Below are positions 1-13,099 of a DNA stretch of 64,000 bases, in pieces. Under the pieces are notes generated by a model. It saw nothing but the letters and a program-made list of their open reading frames with translations. It made no database searches and was not told the origin of the DNA. Source of the stretch: Felis catus (taxonomy: Eukaryota); the NCBI RefSeq assembly GCF_018350175.1, contig NC_058368.1, positions 36,210,001 through 36,274,000 on the forward strand, written 5' to 3'. The first letter of the stretch is position 1. Every line of letters begins with the position of its first letter. The translations under genes were made by a program, and so were the position numbers.

Positions 1-1576
1 ATCCTCCTATGTTACAACAGCAAATTAAATTTGTTGAATACCTCAGGCTTAATTAAAAGCATTCCCAGGTATGGATGCTCTATCAAGCACTACAGGTAGA
101 TTCCACATCATCTGGGCATTACTGACAAAGCTAGGTGCAAAATGAACTTTACTATCAAATCATTTAAACATTCTATTGTTTTGTTTTGTTTTGTTTTGAG
201 AGATAATGCTATGACTCCACTCATAAATGGGGGGGTAAAAATCCCCCTCCTAATTTATCTTTTATAGAATTGCTCATCCAATTTGCTTGAAGGAAGGCAC
301 AATGAAACATGAGCAAAATTTTAAAATACCTTGGTCTGTAAATGCACAGTACAAATCCCCATTACACTGACTGTAAGTTGGTTATTCTGTATTTGGCAAT
401 GGGACTGGGAGTATGTTCCCAAGTTGTGCACCTGCACAGCTACTGTTCATTTTCCATGAAATTCTCCTGAAGCTGAACTAGAAACACAACCCAAGGAAGT
501 GAACGGTGCCAATGACTTGCCTTTGTTGAAGAATTGGTTGAACACACAGAAGACTGAGAGAATTTTATTTTAATGCTATTTAAAGGTAGTACACCACACT
601 TAATTAATATGGCTTCAGCTGTGTCTGGGGTGTACAGAGTTTTATAAATTAATATCACTTATCTTCACGGGAAGTTAAATGAGCACCCTGCTGAGTATTA
701 TCTCACACTGATAATCAGTAATTACAGTTTAAATAAAATTAATTAAACCAAAAACAGGCTCTAAAAAACTATCTGGATTTTAAGCTATAGTTTAACACTG
801 TAATAGTGACAAAGTTCTATTACAGTGGTTTAAATACTGACAGCAGTGACTTTAATTTAAAACAAAAGGAAGATATTGTAATTATTAGTCATTTTAAATT
901 TGAAAAACCTGAAAAAGTATGTATGATCATAAACACCCTTCCTTAGAACCTACAAGGGACTACATATTTTCATGCAATCCAAGAGAATCAAGCAAATAAA
1001 AGTTCCTCGTAATTTTAAGTCAATTCTAGGTGAATGCACCGCCGAAATCTAGAAAAAAAAAGATTATTTAAAATTATCTACCAGTTTTCACACAATCTTG
1101 TGCCATATTTAAGAAGAAAAAAACCTAATGGCTAAAACAGCTTGGCTTTTTCACTAACTTTATTCGTAAATAGGCAACTAGCTTACTAAAAAAGCTCCAG
1201 CATCTGACTTCTGAATCCTGCCCAACCACCTGTTTGCTCTGTCACCCTAACCGAGCTATTTAAACCTTTCAAGATCGTACCTATCACAGTGAGTTGTTCA
1301 TAGGAAATGAAAATGCTTCTCATCTTTCAGTTTTGGGTTAAAAGTCCTGAAAAGCTGTAGCTGACAGCTCTAAAGCAACACATGTATCTTCACAACCCCC
1401 TTCATTCTCTATCACCACACATAGTTCATCTCTTTACATGTCCTTTCATAAGACTTAGGAAAACCTGCAATTTTTTCATTTGTTTTGAAAATGTTGACTG
1501 TCTCTTGCCCACTGAAATATAAGTGCCATGCTAAATGAACCATCAACTGTCTTAGTCACTGTAGTAGGGAAATGAT

Positions 1577-2062
1577 CCTGACTCGATTGGCCAATAGGAT
1601 ACTGCAGAAATGACGGAGTGTGGTTTCCAAGACTAGACCATAAAAGATGTTACAGCTTTTGTCTTGCTCCCGCTTGGATCACTCAGTCTTGGGTATGCCA
1701 GGAAGACACTCAACACCTAGGGGGAAGTCCACGTGTCAAAGAACTGAGCTGAAGAAACTGAAGAGGCATGGAGGCCTCGTGTCAACAGCAATGTGCGTGT
1801 GCCGTCTTGGAAGTCCATTCGAGCTTTCAGATGACTTATTACATAGCAACAGAGCACTAACAGCTCCTCATAGAGTAATACTTGTAAATAGCTCTAGCCA
1901 ACATCTTCACTACAACCTCCTAAGACCTCCAAGCCAAAACCAGCTAGCTAATCAACTACCAAATTCCTGCCCCCAGAAGAAGTGTGAGATACTAAACGTT
2001 TGCTGTTTTAAGTCACTAAGTTTTGGGGTAATTTGTGAGCATAGCAACAGGTAATGGTTACA
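1577..2062 (+). mobile_element. MLT1-type (ERVL-MaLR) solo LTR
   Basis: Typical MLT1 3' end (tgtgagatactaaacgtttgctgttttaagtcactaagttttggggtaatttgt...taca); family from recall. Confidence 0.7.
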
Positions 2063-2894
2063 GTCACCATATATGTTCAGCCTATAGCACAGAGTATAGC
2101 AGATAGTTAGCAATCAACTAATTCATGAAGGTATGAATAACTGAATAAACAATTACTGGATAAAATACAGAAAATGCAGTACGTCTCTCAAGAGGTTTAC
2201 CACTTGAAGAAAAAACATGATAGAAAACTTATTATAAATATTATAATATTTATTATATGTATTTAAGATAAAATACATAGGTGCCCCCAAGAAAAATCGT
2301 AAGCCAAGTACATCAGCGACAGATAGGAACAAGTGATTAATCCTAGGGTGAGGGAACTTCAAAGGAGGCTTGGAAAGAGAATACATCAGGGAGTCCTGTG
2401 CAGCTGATGGGAGAATTACAGAAGATGGTACACGTAGGCAGCCCAACATTATGCCTGCCTAGTCCATGGTCTTCACTAAAATGCGGGGAACATCAGTATT
2501 ACTGAGAACACCATCGGTGAGAAACTAGCCATCCGCAGGTATGAAAAGCTAACCATCCCTGTTTGAGGCCACAATCCTATTACTCAATACCAATTCCCAC
2601 CAACCCAACCACTACTGCACTCTATCTTTACTATCCCTCAGTGTTACAAGTGGCCTTTTCTGGCCTTAAATTTAGGTTATAGTGAAACTGCACTACACTC
2701 TCTAGGCAGAGGCTTTGAAAGCAATGTTTTACCATCACCCCCAAAAAACAATCATCTACTTACACTAGTTTATTTACATTTAAATTTCATATGGTATCTC
2801 ATTAAATGAGAAGTATACTTATTAGGTTATTAAAATTCCTTGAATATAAATTGTAATATGTAGTTAGTGTTCTACAGCCAACTGGTGTAGGGCA

Positions 2895-3185
2895 GCAAGT
2901 GAAGATGCCTGCACAGGGAAGAACGGAGGCCCCCAACAACAATCAGCACCAACTTGGCCAGTTGCAAGTGAACAACCTATAAATGGATTCTCCAGCCCTA
3001 TCAAGGCTTCACATGACTGCAGCCAGAGCCCACAATGTCATGCTTATAAACTCATAAAAACTCTGAACCAGAACTATCCCACTAAGATGCTTCCAAATGT
3101 CCAACCCAAGAAACTGAAATGTTAAGTGTTTATTATTGTTTTAACACTCTAAGCTTTGAGATATTAGCAATAGGAAAGTAATACA
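2895..3185 (+). mobile_element. MLT1-type LTR fragment
   Basis: ccagaactatcccactaagatgcttccaaat...tgttttaacactctaagctttg...taataca resembles the MLT1 3' half. Confidence 0.6.
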
Positions 3186-3457
3186 GAGCTCCTCATAGAA
3201 TACTTTTAAATGCCTAAAATAAATGTAATTACAACAAAAATGGTGTTATGAAATATCTTAAATTTTAGAGTAATAGGTCTTAATACATTACAGAACATGA
3301 GGTAACAGGAAGTCTAACTTCAACATAGTGTTGAACACAGACCACCTTTCAAAATACCTTCAGTAACTATAATGTGTTTTGAACATATCTATTTTCTGGG
3401 TTAATCAAGTCACAGGTCAAATCCTATGTGTGTATGCATTTTGAATTTTTAGTTTTT

Positions 3458-3634
3458 TGTTTGTTTAGTTATTTAGAGAGAGAGAGAGAGAGAGAGCATG
3501 CGCAAGTAGGGGAGAGGCAGAGAGAGATAGAATCCCAAGCAGGCTCTGCACCATCAGCGCAGAACCCACGAACTGCGAGATCATGACCTGAGCTGAAGTT
3601 GGGTGCTTAACTGACTGAGCCACCCAGGTGCCCC
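3458..3634 (-). mobile_element. Can-SINE (SINEC)
   Basis: Reverse ggggcacctgggtggctcag head and (GA)n tract; TSD ttgaattttYagttttt at 3441-3457 and 3635-3651. Confidence 0.93.
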
Positions 3635-4264
3635 TTGAATTTTCAGTTTTTAAAGAAGTTACAAATACAGGTGAAAACAAAGTTTTGCTTACAGATTAAT
3701 GAAAACGATTCAATCTTTTTTTCCATTCCAGTTCAAAGACACCATGAAGGTTACTACAGACTGCCTGGAGGTCCATGGACTGCAGTTTAAGAACCCCTGA
3801 TAGTAGATATGGAATAACAGAAACAGGAGTGGAAAGGAAAACAACTCCTGTGTCTAATGTCTCTCATGCATTAGGGGCAAAACTACAAGACCTAAAGATG
3901 AGACTAAAAAGGAGAAAACCAACAGAAATGCTTAAAAACAGCTAGAAGCTTTTGAAGGAAGAAGCCAACAGGAATGCAAAGCTTTCAAAGAATATCTAGG
4001 TTTCAATTAGAACAAGAAGGAAAACAAACATTCAAAAACAGGCTTTGACTTCCAAAGGGCAAAGTAGGAGGGCTTGAGAAGCCTGGAGGATGTGAGATAG
4101 GATGCCTGAGAAAAAGAATAAATGGTCCTAGAGAGGGAGAGAAGCATCTAGGTGCTGATAGGGATTGATTATGACTTCTGATGTTGACTTAGATCAACAG
4201 AAAAGTGATGTGAACTGTAGTAACTAATGAAAACTAATAAGGAAACAAATCATGAAATCATGTA

Positions 4265-4965
4265 GACTGTCTCTTCTTAAATCATCTTCTCTCTGTCCCT
4301 ACTGCCACTGTCCTAGTTCAGGACACTTGGACAACAGCTGTATACAGCCTCCTAGCTTGCCTCTAGGTCTTCTCTGTCCCTCTACCCCTAACCACTTGCA
4401 GCCATTATCAACACTGACATCTTTTTGATCTTACTGAAATGTAAATCCAATCCTGTCCCTCACTCCTGTACTTAAAACCTTTCAACCTTTGCATCCCCAT
4501 TACTCAAAGGAGGACATTCCAGTCTTGTCATGGCTCAAAAGGTCCAGCTTGATCTGAACCCTACTTTCTGTCCAGGCAATCTCTTCACTACTCTACCCGC
4601 CATTACACTGTAGGAACCAGATGTAATGAACAACTCAGAGTCTCTTAAATGTGCAAACTGTTTTTTGTGCCTAAAAACCTACCACAACCACAACTCCTAT
4701 CCCATCTCCATAATCGGGATCATTTCACCTCAGTCTTTGGCTTTCAGTTTGAGCTACATCTATCTTAGGTAGGAGCCTTCCGGACTCCTCAAAACTAGGC
4801 TGGATGCCCACAAGTCTGGTGCTTGCCATTACATAGCACAAGTACTATTCTAAAGTTACTCCATCATAGGTTTATTCATTATTTTATTCACCACTGGACC
4901 TACTCCTGGAACTTAGCATAGTTCATACAATTGGTGCTCTATTAGTCTTTGTTAAGTAAATAATA
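4265..4965 (+). mobile_element. L2 LINE 3' fragment
   Basis: Degenerate L2-like text (actgccactgtcctagttcagg...cttaaaacctttcaa...cttagcatagttcatacaattggtgctc). Confidence 0.55.
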
Positions 4966-5489
4966 AATAGCTTTCTGTCCTCCATGTCTGGGATACAACC
5001 CATTACTTCTTCCTTTGCTAATTCCTTCCCAGCAATATCAGGATGAACTCCAAGTGTTATGTCTTTTATATATTCATTAACAATCTGGACTCTTCCTAAC
5101 ACTGACCCTTCAAAGATTGGTCCCCTAGATTAAAAACAACCTTGAGTTCTATAATATAACACCAGGTGACAAGAAAAATATCCAAAGAAAAAGATAATCC
5201 CTTAAAAATAATATTCAAACCCCAAAGTTTTACCTACTCATATTGTTAAGCACAATTCTAATTTCTTATATACAGATATTAATACTATACACATAAAGGA
5301 AATATAAGTTAGCTCTGTAGATAAATAGCACACTTTTTACAAGACATAGACCTGTACTACCCATAAAACAAAAGTTTCCTGAGAACACCAACAATTGTTT
5401 TCTACTTGCCTACCTGGCACTTCCATCTGGGATCCATTCAGTTGGTATCCAGGGAGTAAAATTATCAGAGTAAAAAATTACTACAACTC

Positions 5490-5697
5490 AGGGCACCTGG
5501 GTGGCTCAGTCAGTTAAGCGTCCGATTTTGACTCAGGCCATGATCTCATGGTTCGTGAGTTCAAGCCCCACATCAGGCTCTGTGCTGACAGCTCAGAGCT
5601 TAGAGCCTGCTTCAGACTCTGTCTCCTTCTCTCTCTGCTCCTCTTCCTCTCATGCTCACTCGCTCTCTCTCTCAAAAATAAATAAATATATTTTTTT
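5490..5697 (+). mobile_element. Can-SINE (SINEC)
   Basis: tRNA-like head, (CT)n, A-rich tail; TSD aaattactacaa on both sides. Confidence 0.93.
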
Positions 5698-7218
5698 AAA
5701 TTACTACAAATCCCTCCACTCCTGCCAGCCTATATTCCAACTTGTCCTTCAAAAGTAGCTGAAAAGTCCCCTTCTCTACCAAGTCTTCTCCCAACCTCAA
5801 AGATGACCTTACAACTCCACTGGACTTTATACACAGTGCAATGGGCCTAGAACAGTATTAGTATACCTATACAACTGTAAACTGTATACACATCTGTTTC
5901 TTCACTGTTCCCAACGGCAGAACAGTCATATTGATCTTTATATTCCTATAACAGTACTAACCACTCAAATGCTTAATGAATGAATGGATAAAAGGATGAA
6001 TAAACAAGTCTGCACACCCCACTACATCTTAGTCTGTTCAACTCTGAGAGCTCTTGATCTAATTCCCAAGTTTCTACTGATTTGAGGAGGAGCTCTCTAA
6101 ACTATGCCATAAATATTTAAAGATTCTAAGACAGTACTTAAGTGTTACTACTGAAAACCTAAGTACAGGAAGCTCTAATTAACTCATATTAATGGGCTCA
6201 GAAAGGCCCACCTGACTTAGTGAATAATTTAAGCTTAGAGAACTTGCTCTGATGTATTTTACCACATACATTCAATTGCCCCAGTCCATGCTGGTTTATC
6301 TACTTAACACAGAAGAGTTTATTTTGAATATATAGCTTCAAAGAAAAACTGGAAAATCTCACACTTGTTGTATTATCATTCATGGTTTTTAAACTTACCA
6401 AGGAAAACAGAAGTTCATAAAAGTGCAAAATGAACTTCAATCATAGTACAGAAAGTTTTATGTCTTATTAGACCAATAAGAAAAAAAATAATTGTTAAGC
6501 TCTTTTTTTAAAGTTGATGATGTATGTTCTATTGACTTTCAAGTCAGGAACATAAATAAAGTGATTCTTTTCTTTCCTAAGTACAATGTCTAATTTGGCA
6601 CATATCCCACAAGGGATATCACATCTAGGTAGGTCCAGGAGTAGCCTGCAGGTAGACAAAACCTGGTTCCATCAAGTGTATCTATCTGGGGAACTCATCT
6701 TTGAGTGAACAGTCTCACAGATAACACCCAGGAATGTGCTAGAGTCAAATAGCCGCATTCACATCAAGCCAGGCACAAGGTCCACAGAGAACAATGAAAG
6801 TTTCTCATAGCACTCATCAGAACCCACACTCAGGCAGTATCTTGAATGGCTCTAAGACCTCATTCCTGGTGGCAAAATTTGAGGGGAACCAAGAAAGCCT
6901 ATACTTACACCTGGGAGCAGATTGCAGTTGCCATATCTGTAAAGTGGTTTGCAACCAGAGTTTCTCCATGTCCTTTGTAATTAAAAAAAAAAAAAAAAAA
7001 GAAAAAAAAAAACCAGACTCCTATCCTTTACCTGTTGACATCTCTCAGTCACAAATGACTACTCCTTCAGCATAAATGTTTCTCAGTTTTGTTTATTGGA
7101 AATACTAAAACTACCTCATTTCTTACAGAAAACTTCTTAGAGATGTCTTTATAATTCTCAGGATTAAGGTAAGTGACTAGGATACAATTTTCCCTTGTCA
7201 ATTTAATTTAGAGATCTC

Positions 7219-7440
7219 AGGCACCTGTGTGGCTCGGTTGGTTGATCACCCGACTCTTGACTCATGAGGTCATGACCTCATGGTTCCTGTGTTCAAGCCC
7301 TATGTGGGGCTCTGCGCTGGGAGTGCAGGGCCTGCTTGGGATTCTCTCTCTGTATCTCCCCCCCCCCCATCTCCAGTTAAGTCTCCCTCAAAATAAATAA
7401 ACTGAAAAAAATAAAAAAGCTTTAAAAAAAAATTTTTTTT
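7219..7440 (+). mobile_element. Can-SINE (older, diverged)
   Basis: ggcacctgtgtggctcggttgg head, gttcaagccc B-box region, CT tract, A tail. Confidence 0.88.
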
Positions 7441-7692
7441 AAATAAAGGTCAGAGGTTTCATACAGATGCCTCCAGAGGAAAAGCAGGGAACAAGAAATA
7501 TACTTTTAGATTTTATATTGGCACTCTCAGAGGAGAAAGGGATAGTACTTAAGTGGCAATGTAACTCTCTTGGTAAAGACCACATTCTCTGGAATCAGTC
7601 TGCCATAGTTTTTCTGGCTGCCTCATGACATTGAACAAGTTACATAATCTCTTTTGCCTTAGTTTTTCCATCTTTAAAAATGGGAATAAACT

Positions 7693-7908
7693 GGCACTTG
7701 GGTGGCTCAGTCAGTTAAATGTCCGACTTCAGCTCAGGTCTGATCTCCCAGTTCATGAGTTCGAGCCACGCGTTGGGCTCTGTGCTTACAGCTCAGAGCC
7801 TGGACCCTGCTTTGGATTCTGTGTCTCCCTCTCTCTCTGCCCCTCCCCTCCCTCACACTCTCTCTCTCCTTCAAAAATAAACAAACATTAAAAAAAAAAT
7901 TAAAAAGA
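7693..7908 (+). mobile_element. Can-SINE
   Basis: Typical head, body and tail; inserted at the end of a MIR fragment (~7610-7690). Confidence 0.9.
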
Positions 7909-8139
7909 GGGGCGCCTGGGTGGCGCAGTCGGTTAAGCATCCGACTTCAGCCAGGTCACGATCTCGCGGTCTGTGAGTTCGAGCCCCGCGTCAGGCTCTG
8001 GGCGGATGGCTCAGAGCCTGGAGCCTGTTTCCGATTCTGTGTCTCCCTCTCTCTCTGCCCATCCCCCGTTCATACTCTGTCTCTCTCTGTCCCAAAAATA
8101 AATAAAGGTTGAAAAAAAAAATTAAAAAGAAAAAGAAAA
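7909..8139 (+). mobile_element. Young felid Can-SINE (SINEC_Fc-like) in the tail of the preceding SINE
   Basis: ggggcgcctgggtggcgcagtcggttaag...gtcccaaaaataaataaa with many intact CpGs. Confidence 0.93.
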
Positions 8140-8519
8140 TGTAAGGTTTAATTTGGGGCATGAACAGTTTCAAGTACAGGTGAGACATCCATACAAAAGT
8201 ATTCAGTAGGCCAATAGAGTAATAGATCTCAACTTAAAGAAAAGGTCATAGACAAAGACATGGACTAAGGTCATCACCCCAGTCCAGCACTATACACAGG
8301 AGAGCAGGGGCCTCAGTAAAGAAACCTGATAAATGACAATAGTTTAAGATAAGCAAAGGAAAACCACACAAAACAAAAAAGGAAAGGTCATGGAGATATG
8401 AAATCAATAAAGTTTGTGTCCCAGAGGCCAAGAAGTATTTGTTCAAAAAGGAAGGCAATAACTGTATCAAGTATAGCCAATCAATCTAGTCAATTTCCAA
8501 AGATTACAACTTAATATTA

Positions 8520-10087
8520 CTGGGGATAGAAGTAGTTATTTCATAATGATGAAAGATTTACTACAATCCCAAATGTATATGCACTTAATTCCAGAGCTTT
8601 AAAATATATGGAGCAAAACTGATAGAACTGATCAGAGAAATAAAATATCCAGAATTATAGTTGGAGACTTCCACACTTCTCTCTCAATAATTGTTAGAAC
8701 AAGCAGAAAAATCAAGAAAATAGGATATGAATAATACTGTCAGCCAATGTGACTTCTTTATAGATCAATCTAACACAAGCAAAATGCACATGTAACATTC
8801 ACAAAGATAGACCACATTCTGGGACAGAAAGCAAGACTCAGCAAACTGAATTATGATTGAAGTCACACAAAGCATGATCCCTGGCCACAAGGAAATTAAG
8901 TTACAATTCAGTAATAAGAGAGTTCAGGAAAATCCCCAAATATTTAAAAGTTAAACATAGACCTAAATAACCAATGGGTTAAAGACGAAATCAACAGGAA
9001 AATCCCCAAATATTTACAAGTTAAACATAGACCTAAATAACCAATGGGTTAAAGAAGAAATCAACAGGAAAATTGGGAAATTTCTGAACATTCAGAAAAT
9101 GACACAGCTAAAGTAGCACTCAGAGGAAAATTGATAGTGTAATTGTTTTTATATTAGAAAACAAAGGCATCAAATCAATTAGGTAAGTGTCCACTTACTT
9201 AAGAAACCATAAAAAGGTTAAGGCAAAAGATTAAAATATATATGTATCAAGAAGTTAATGAAACCAAAAGCTGGTTCTTTGAAAAGATCAATCAAATTGA
9301 CAAACCTCTACCCAGACTAATCAGGGGGGAAAAAAACAGAAGTTGTTTATCAGGATTAGAAAGGGAAAAATCAATACAGATCCTATATCTAACAGGATAA
9401 GGAAATATCATAAATTCCTAATTCAAGAACATAGATATGAAAAAATTACTTGAAAGGCCAAGGCTCACTCAAGAGTAATTTGGCCCTGTATCTAGTAATA
9501 GACATTACAAGGAATGGCAAATAAGCATAATAAAAGACGCTTAACATCATTTGTCATTAGTGGAAACAATCTGTCAGTTTCTCATAAAGTTAATCATAGT
9601 TACCACATAATTCCCCTTCCAAAATGAAACCATACCCCCAAAAACTGTACTCAAAGGTTCACAGCTTTATTCAATCACCAAAAACTGGAAACCCAAACTG
9701 TTGAATATATAAACTAGAAGTATTCCCAAACAACGGCATACTATTCAGTAATAAAAACAACGAAATCTGATACACTAGAGGGGGTCTCAAAAGCACAATG
9801 CTAAGAAGCCAGACACAAAGGCACTATACTAAGTGATTCCACTTATATGAAATCCTAGAAACGGAGTTATATGGTACAAAAAGCTGACTCATGTCTCCCA
9901 AGAGCCAGGATAGGCGGAAGAAATTGACTACAAACGGCACAAAATCTTTTGGGGTGATGGAAAGCTTTTATATCATGATCATAGTGTATACATGATTGTA
10001 TACGTTTGTCAAAATTCATCAAATTGCATCCATAAAATTGGTATATTATGTTAAATGTAAATCTTTCCTCAAAAAAAAAAAAAAAAA
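8520..10087 (+). mobile_element. Old L1 remnant (ORF2-like segment joined to 3' UTR, ending in poly-A)
   Basis: L1-like motifs (aatgaaaccaaaagctggttctttgaaaagatcaatcaaattgacaaacct; aagaagccagacacaaag; ggggtgatggaaa); A-run at 10071-10087; no intact ORF. Confidence 0.8.
8925..9073 (+). repeat. 70-bp tandem duplication inside L1
   Basis: 8925-8994 and 8995-9064 differ at only 2 positions; CAGGAAAAT recurs at 8925, 8995 and 9065. Confidence 0.95.
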
Positions 10088-10229
10088 TCTTGTTACTAAC
10101 TATACCACTAATGCTGTGAATGCATAGTTCACCAAGCATTTTGGCATTATTTTTCCCTTGTAAAGCTCTATAACCAGGGACACCAAGGCCCAACAGTTAA
10201 ATAAGCAAAGTCACACTGCTAGCAAGTGG

Positions 10230-10310
10230 CAGCAACTAGAAAGAGTCCTCAGATCTCTCTGTGAGTGTCTGCTCTTCATTTTATGATCTGAGGACTCTTT
10301 CTAGTTGCTG
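10230..10310. repeat. Perfect 26-bp inverted repeat with 29-nt spacer (hairpin)
   Basis: CAGCAACTAGAAAGAGTCCTCAGATC (10230-10255) is the exact reverse complement of GATCTGAGGACTCTTTCTAGTTGCTG (10285-10310). Confidence 0.97.
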
Positions 10311-12799
10311 TACAGGCCAAGGTCTCTTTTTAAGCTACAGTCATGAACCACATGTGGGACAAGGAACCAATGTAGTGGACTGGATCCGCCCCCCTTCCCA
10401 CCCTCTTTTTTTTGTTGTTGTTTTGTTTTGGTGATTTTTGTTTGTTTGGGGAGTTTTTTGGGGTTTGTTTGTTTTTTTGTTTTGTTTTTTTTTTTAATGA
10501 AAAGAGAGGAGTAAAAAGCAATAGAAAGGAGTGGAAAGGAAAAGATCAGAGTTTGTTGAGCTTAGAAACATTAAATATTAGTTCATAAAACGGTTTCAGT
10601 GGAGAGAGAATTTGTATGTGAACTGGGCTACAAAATGAAACATACTTCTTAGTATATATGCTGGGTCCTATAGTCAAGAAAGTCTGAAAATCCTTGCTGT
10701 AGGCTAAACCAGAGATTACAACAGTAATACTGGCTACCAGGGGGAGAAAAGAGTAGACAGAGAGGATCAGTAGGAGCATCGCACTTGAGACAAAAGGTTC
10801 TGAGGGACAAGGGAGACAATAACCAAGTCAAAAACAACTTCTAAACCACAAAAACACTCCGTGGACACGGTCATGGAGAATTCAGTATTGTGTCAACCAT
10901 ATTCAATTTCTTCCAGTTGACCTATTCCAACCGGCCTCCCTTCGCTGCTTTTGTCTCAACCTTTTTGCCTCTACAAAAAAAAGCGTTCTTTTCAACCCAG
11001 GTACAGACAAAGGATGGTTGTAAACTAAGTGACTTTTTCACCTTGGACCGCACTTTACATGGCATGAATGCTCAGGTATTTGTAGAATGAACACTGTTTA
11101 AAGTATATGAACTCTGTCTCAACACTAGAGCAATACTTCCTTCAACCAGACAGCGTCCTATGAAATTCTGATTGTAACTCAGAAAATAACCTTGAAACGT
11201 GAAGTACTTCCGTAGGCCTTTAACAAGCAATTTAAAGGGATGGGTGTTTAACACTAATGCTTCCCAGAATGTTGCAACTTCATGTTTCTAAACTACTGTT
11301 ATTCAGATCTGTGACTGCAGCAGACGCCATTGTTATGGCGCCTTCTCTCAAGTTTTACCACAAAAAAAAAAAAAAAAAAAAAAAAAGCTATTCTCACATT
11401 AAGAAGCTCTGAACTGAAAACACACATACCATACACATTGTTGTCGGGGTAGCAACCTTTAATTAGAAAACATACTGCTAACACACATCAAATCATCAGT
11501 GGCCAATGCTTCTCTGAGCTCTAACTCACCAAAAATCATTTATAGAGCCCCTGAAATATACAGCTATGCTTTCCTCCCTCAAAGATCTGCATCAATCTGT
11601 GACATGGCCTGTAAGGCTCAACTGCAAACCTGTCACTTCACCCCCGCTGTCTGTGCACTGGGACATATTTTTAAGAGGGGTTAACAAGGAACAGAAATGA
11701 ATGCAGCAGTTCAACACACTTCAGTGAAACTCACCAAAACTCTATGAGGAAAGTAGAAAAGGTATAATTAGTCCTGCTTTACAAGTAAGTGAACAATCAG
11801 ATAATTGATTTGCCAAGGTCAAAGAGCTAAGAAGAGGTGAGGTTCTGTCTTTCAACAAGAGTCTTCCGATTCCTAATCCAATGCTCTTTCCATGGTGCGT
11901 CAATCAATGAGTTAGGTTTACTTTTCAGTGTGTCTTGTTCAAAATAGCCAGGCTTTTTCTCTAAGCTCCACAGCAATGGACCCAGCTGCCTGAACTAGAT
12001 TGCCTGCTTGATCCCTCCCTGGTCTTAAGCCCTAGCCTACTCAAGAGCCAGGCGAAAGCACAAGATCAGAAGCGATCAGGGAGAGCTGGGGAGACTGTAG
12101 TTCAGTTAATCAAAAGGGAAAGGGTCAAGGAGGAATCTAGAACAAACAGTCATACATCCCTCTAAGGTAAAGGCAGAGGCAAGGCAATGGTCAGTGATCC
12201 AGGCAGGTGGTCACAAAGACTAACAGCAGGTCCTTGTCAAAGCCCCCCCCCCCTTTTTTTAATATAAAACTCTTTTACTCTGTGCAAAGGCAAGGGTCCA
12301 TCTCTGGGAAGCCTGACCAGGACCAAGCCATCCCCAGATCCAAAGGCAAGTAATCAAAAGTGATGATTCACTCTTTTCATTCCTTCAACAAAAAATTTAT
12401 AAAAATGCTTAACATAATACCAGACAACATACCAACATGCTGTCTCTTCCTTGAAGATGTTTAAACTGGTGAGAAAGTCCTACAATGATATACTGCTTTG
12501 ATAAAAATACCACACAAGGCAGTATGGTAACTCCCAAAAAGTTCTGACCTTACCCCACCCAATTACAAGGAATAGGGGAGAGGAGGAATGGAGGCAGGAT
12601 GGAGAGAGAAGACTGAAGTCTTCACTGGAAGGAATCCTTTTGTTAATGTAAGATCAGAGCAAGATAGCTTCTAGAATGACTTGGTGAAGCCAATCTGTAG
12701 CAGGACTCTGTTTCTAGAACTTAGGGTAGAGACTGTGGGTGACAATGTACAACGTCAATCATAACGAAGCAAAGATCAGTAGCTCAATGAAGAGGAAGA

Positions 12800-13050
12800 G
12801 GGGTGCCTGGGTGGCTCAGTTGGTTGAGCTACCAACTTTGGCTCAGCTCCTGATCTCAGTTTGTGAGTTCGAGCCCCGTATCAGGCTCTGTGCTGACAGC
12901 TCAGAGCCTGGAGCCTGCTTCGGATTCTGTGTCTCCTCCCCTCTCTGCCCCTCCCCTGCTCATGCTCATGCTCTGTCTCTCTCTCTCTCTCTCAATAATA
13001 AATAAACATTAAAAAAAATTTTTTAAAGAAAAAAAGAAAAAAAAAAAGAA
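12800..13050 (+). mobile_element. Can-SINE
   Basis: ggggtgcctgggtggctcag head, CT tract, A-rich tail. Confidence 0.93.
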
Positions 13051-13099
13051 AGAAGGAAGAAAAAGATGTGTAGTGCCCACAAAATATGAACAAATCTCA

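Noticed and set aside
1647..2054. 135-aa ORF
   Set aside because: Lies wholly within an MLT1 LTR.
7909..7990. tRNA-like A/B boxes as a tRNA gene
   Set aside because: They are the tRNA-derived head of a Can-SINE followed by SINE body and tail.
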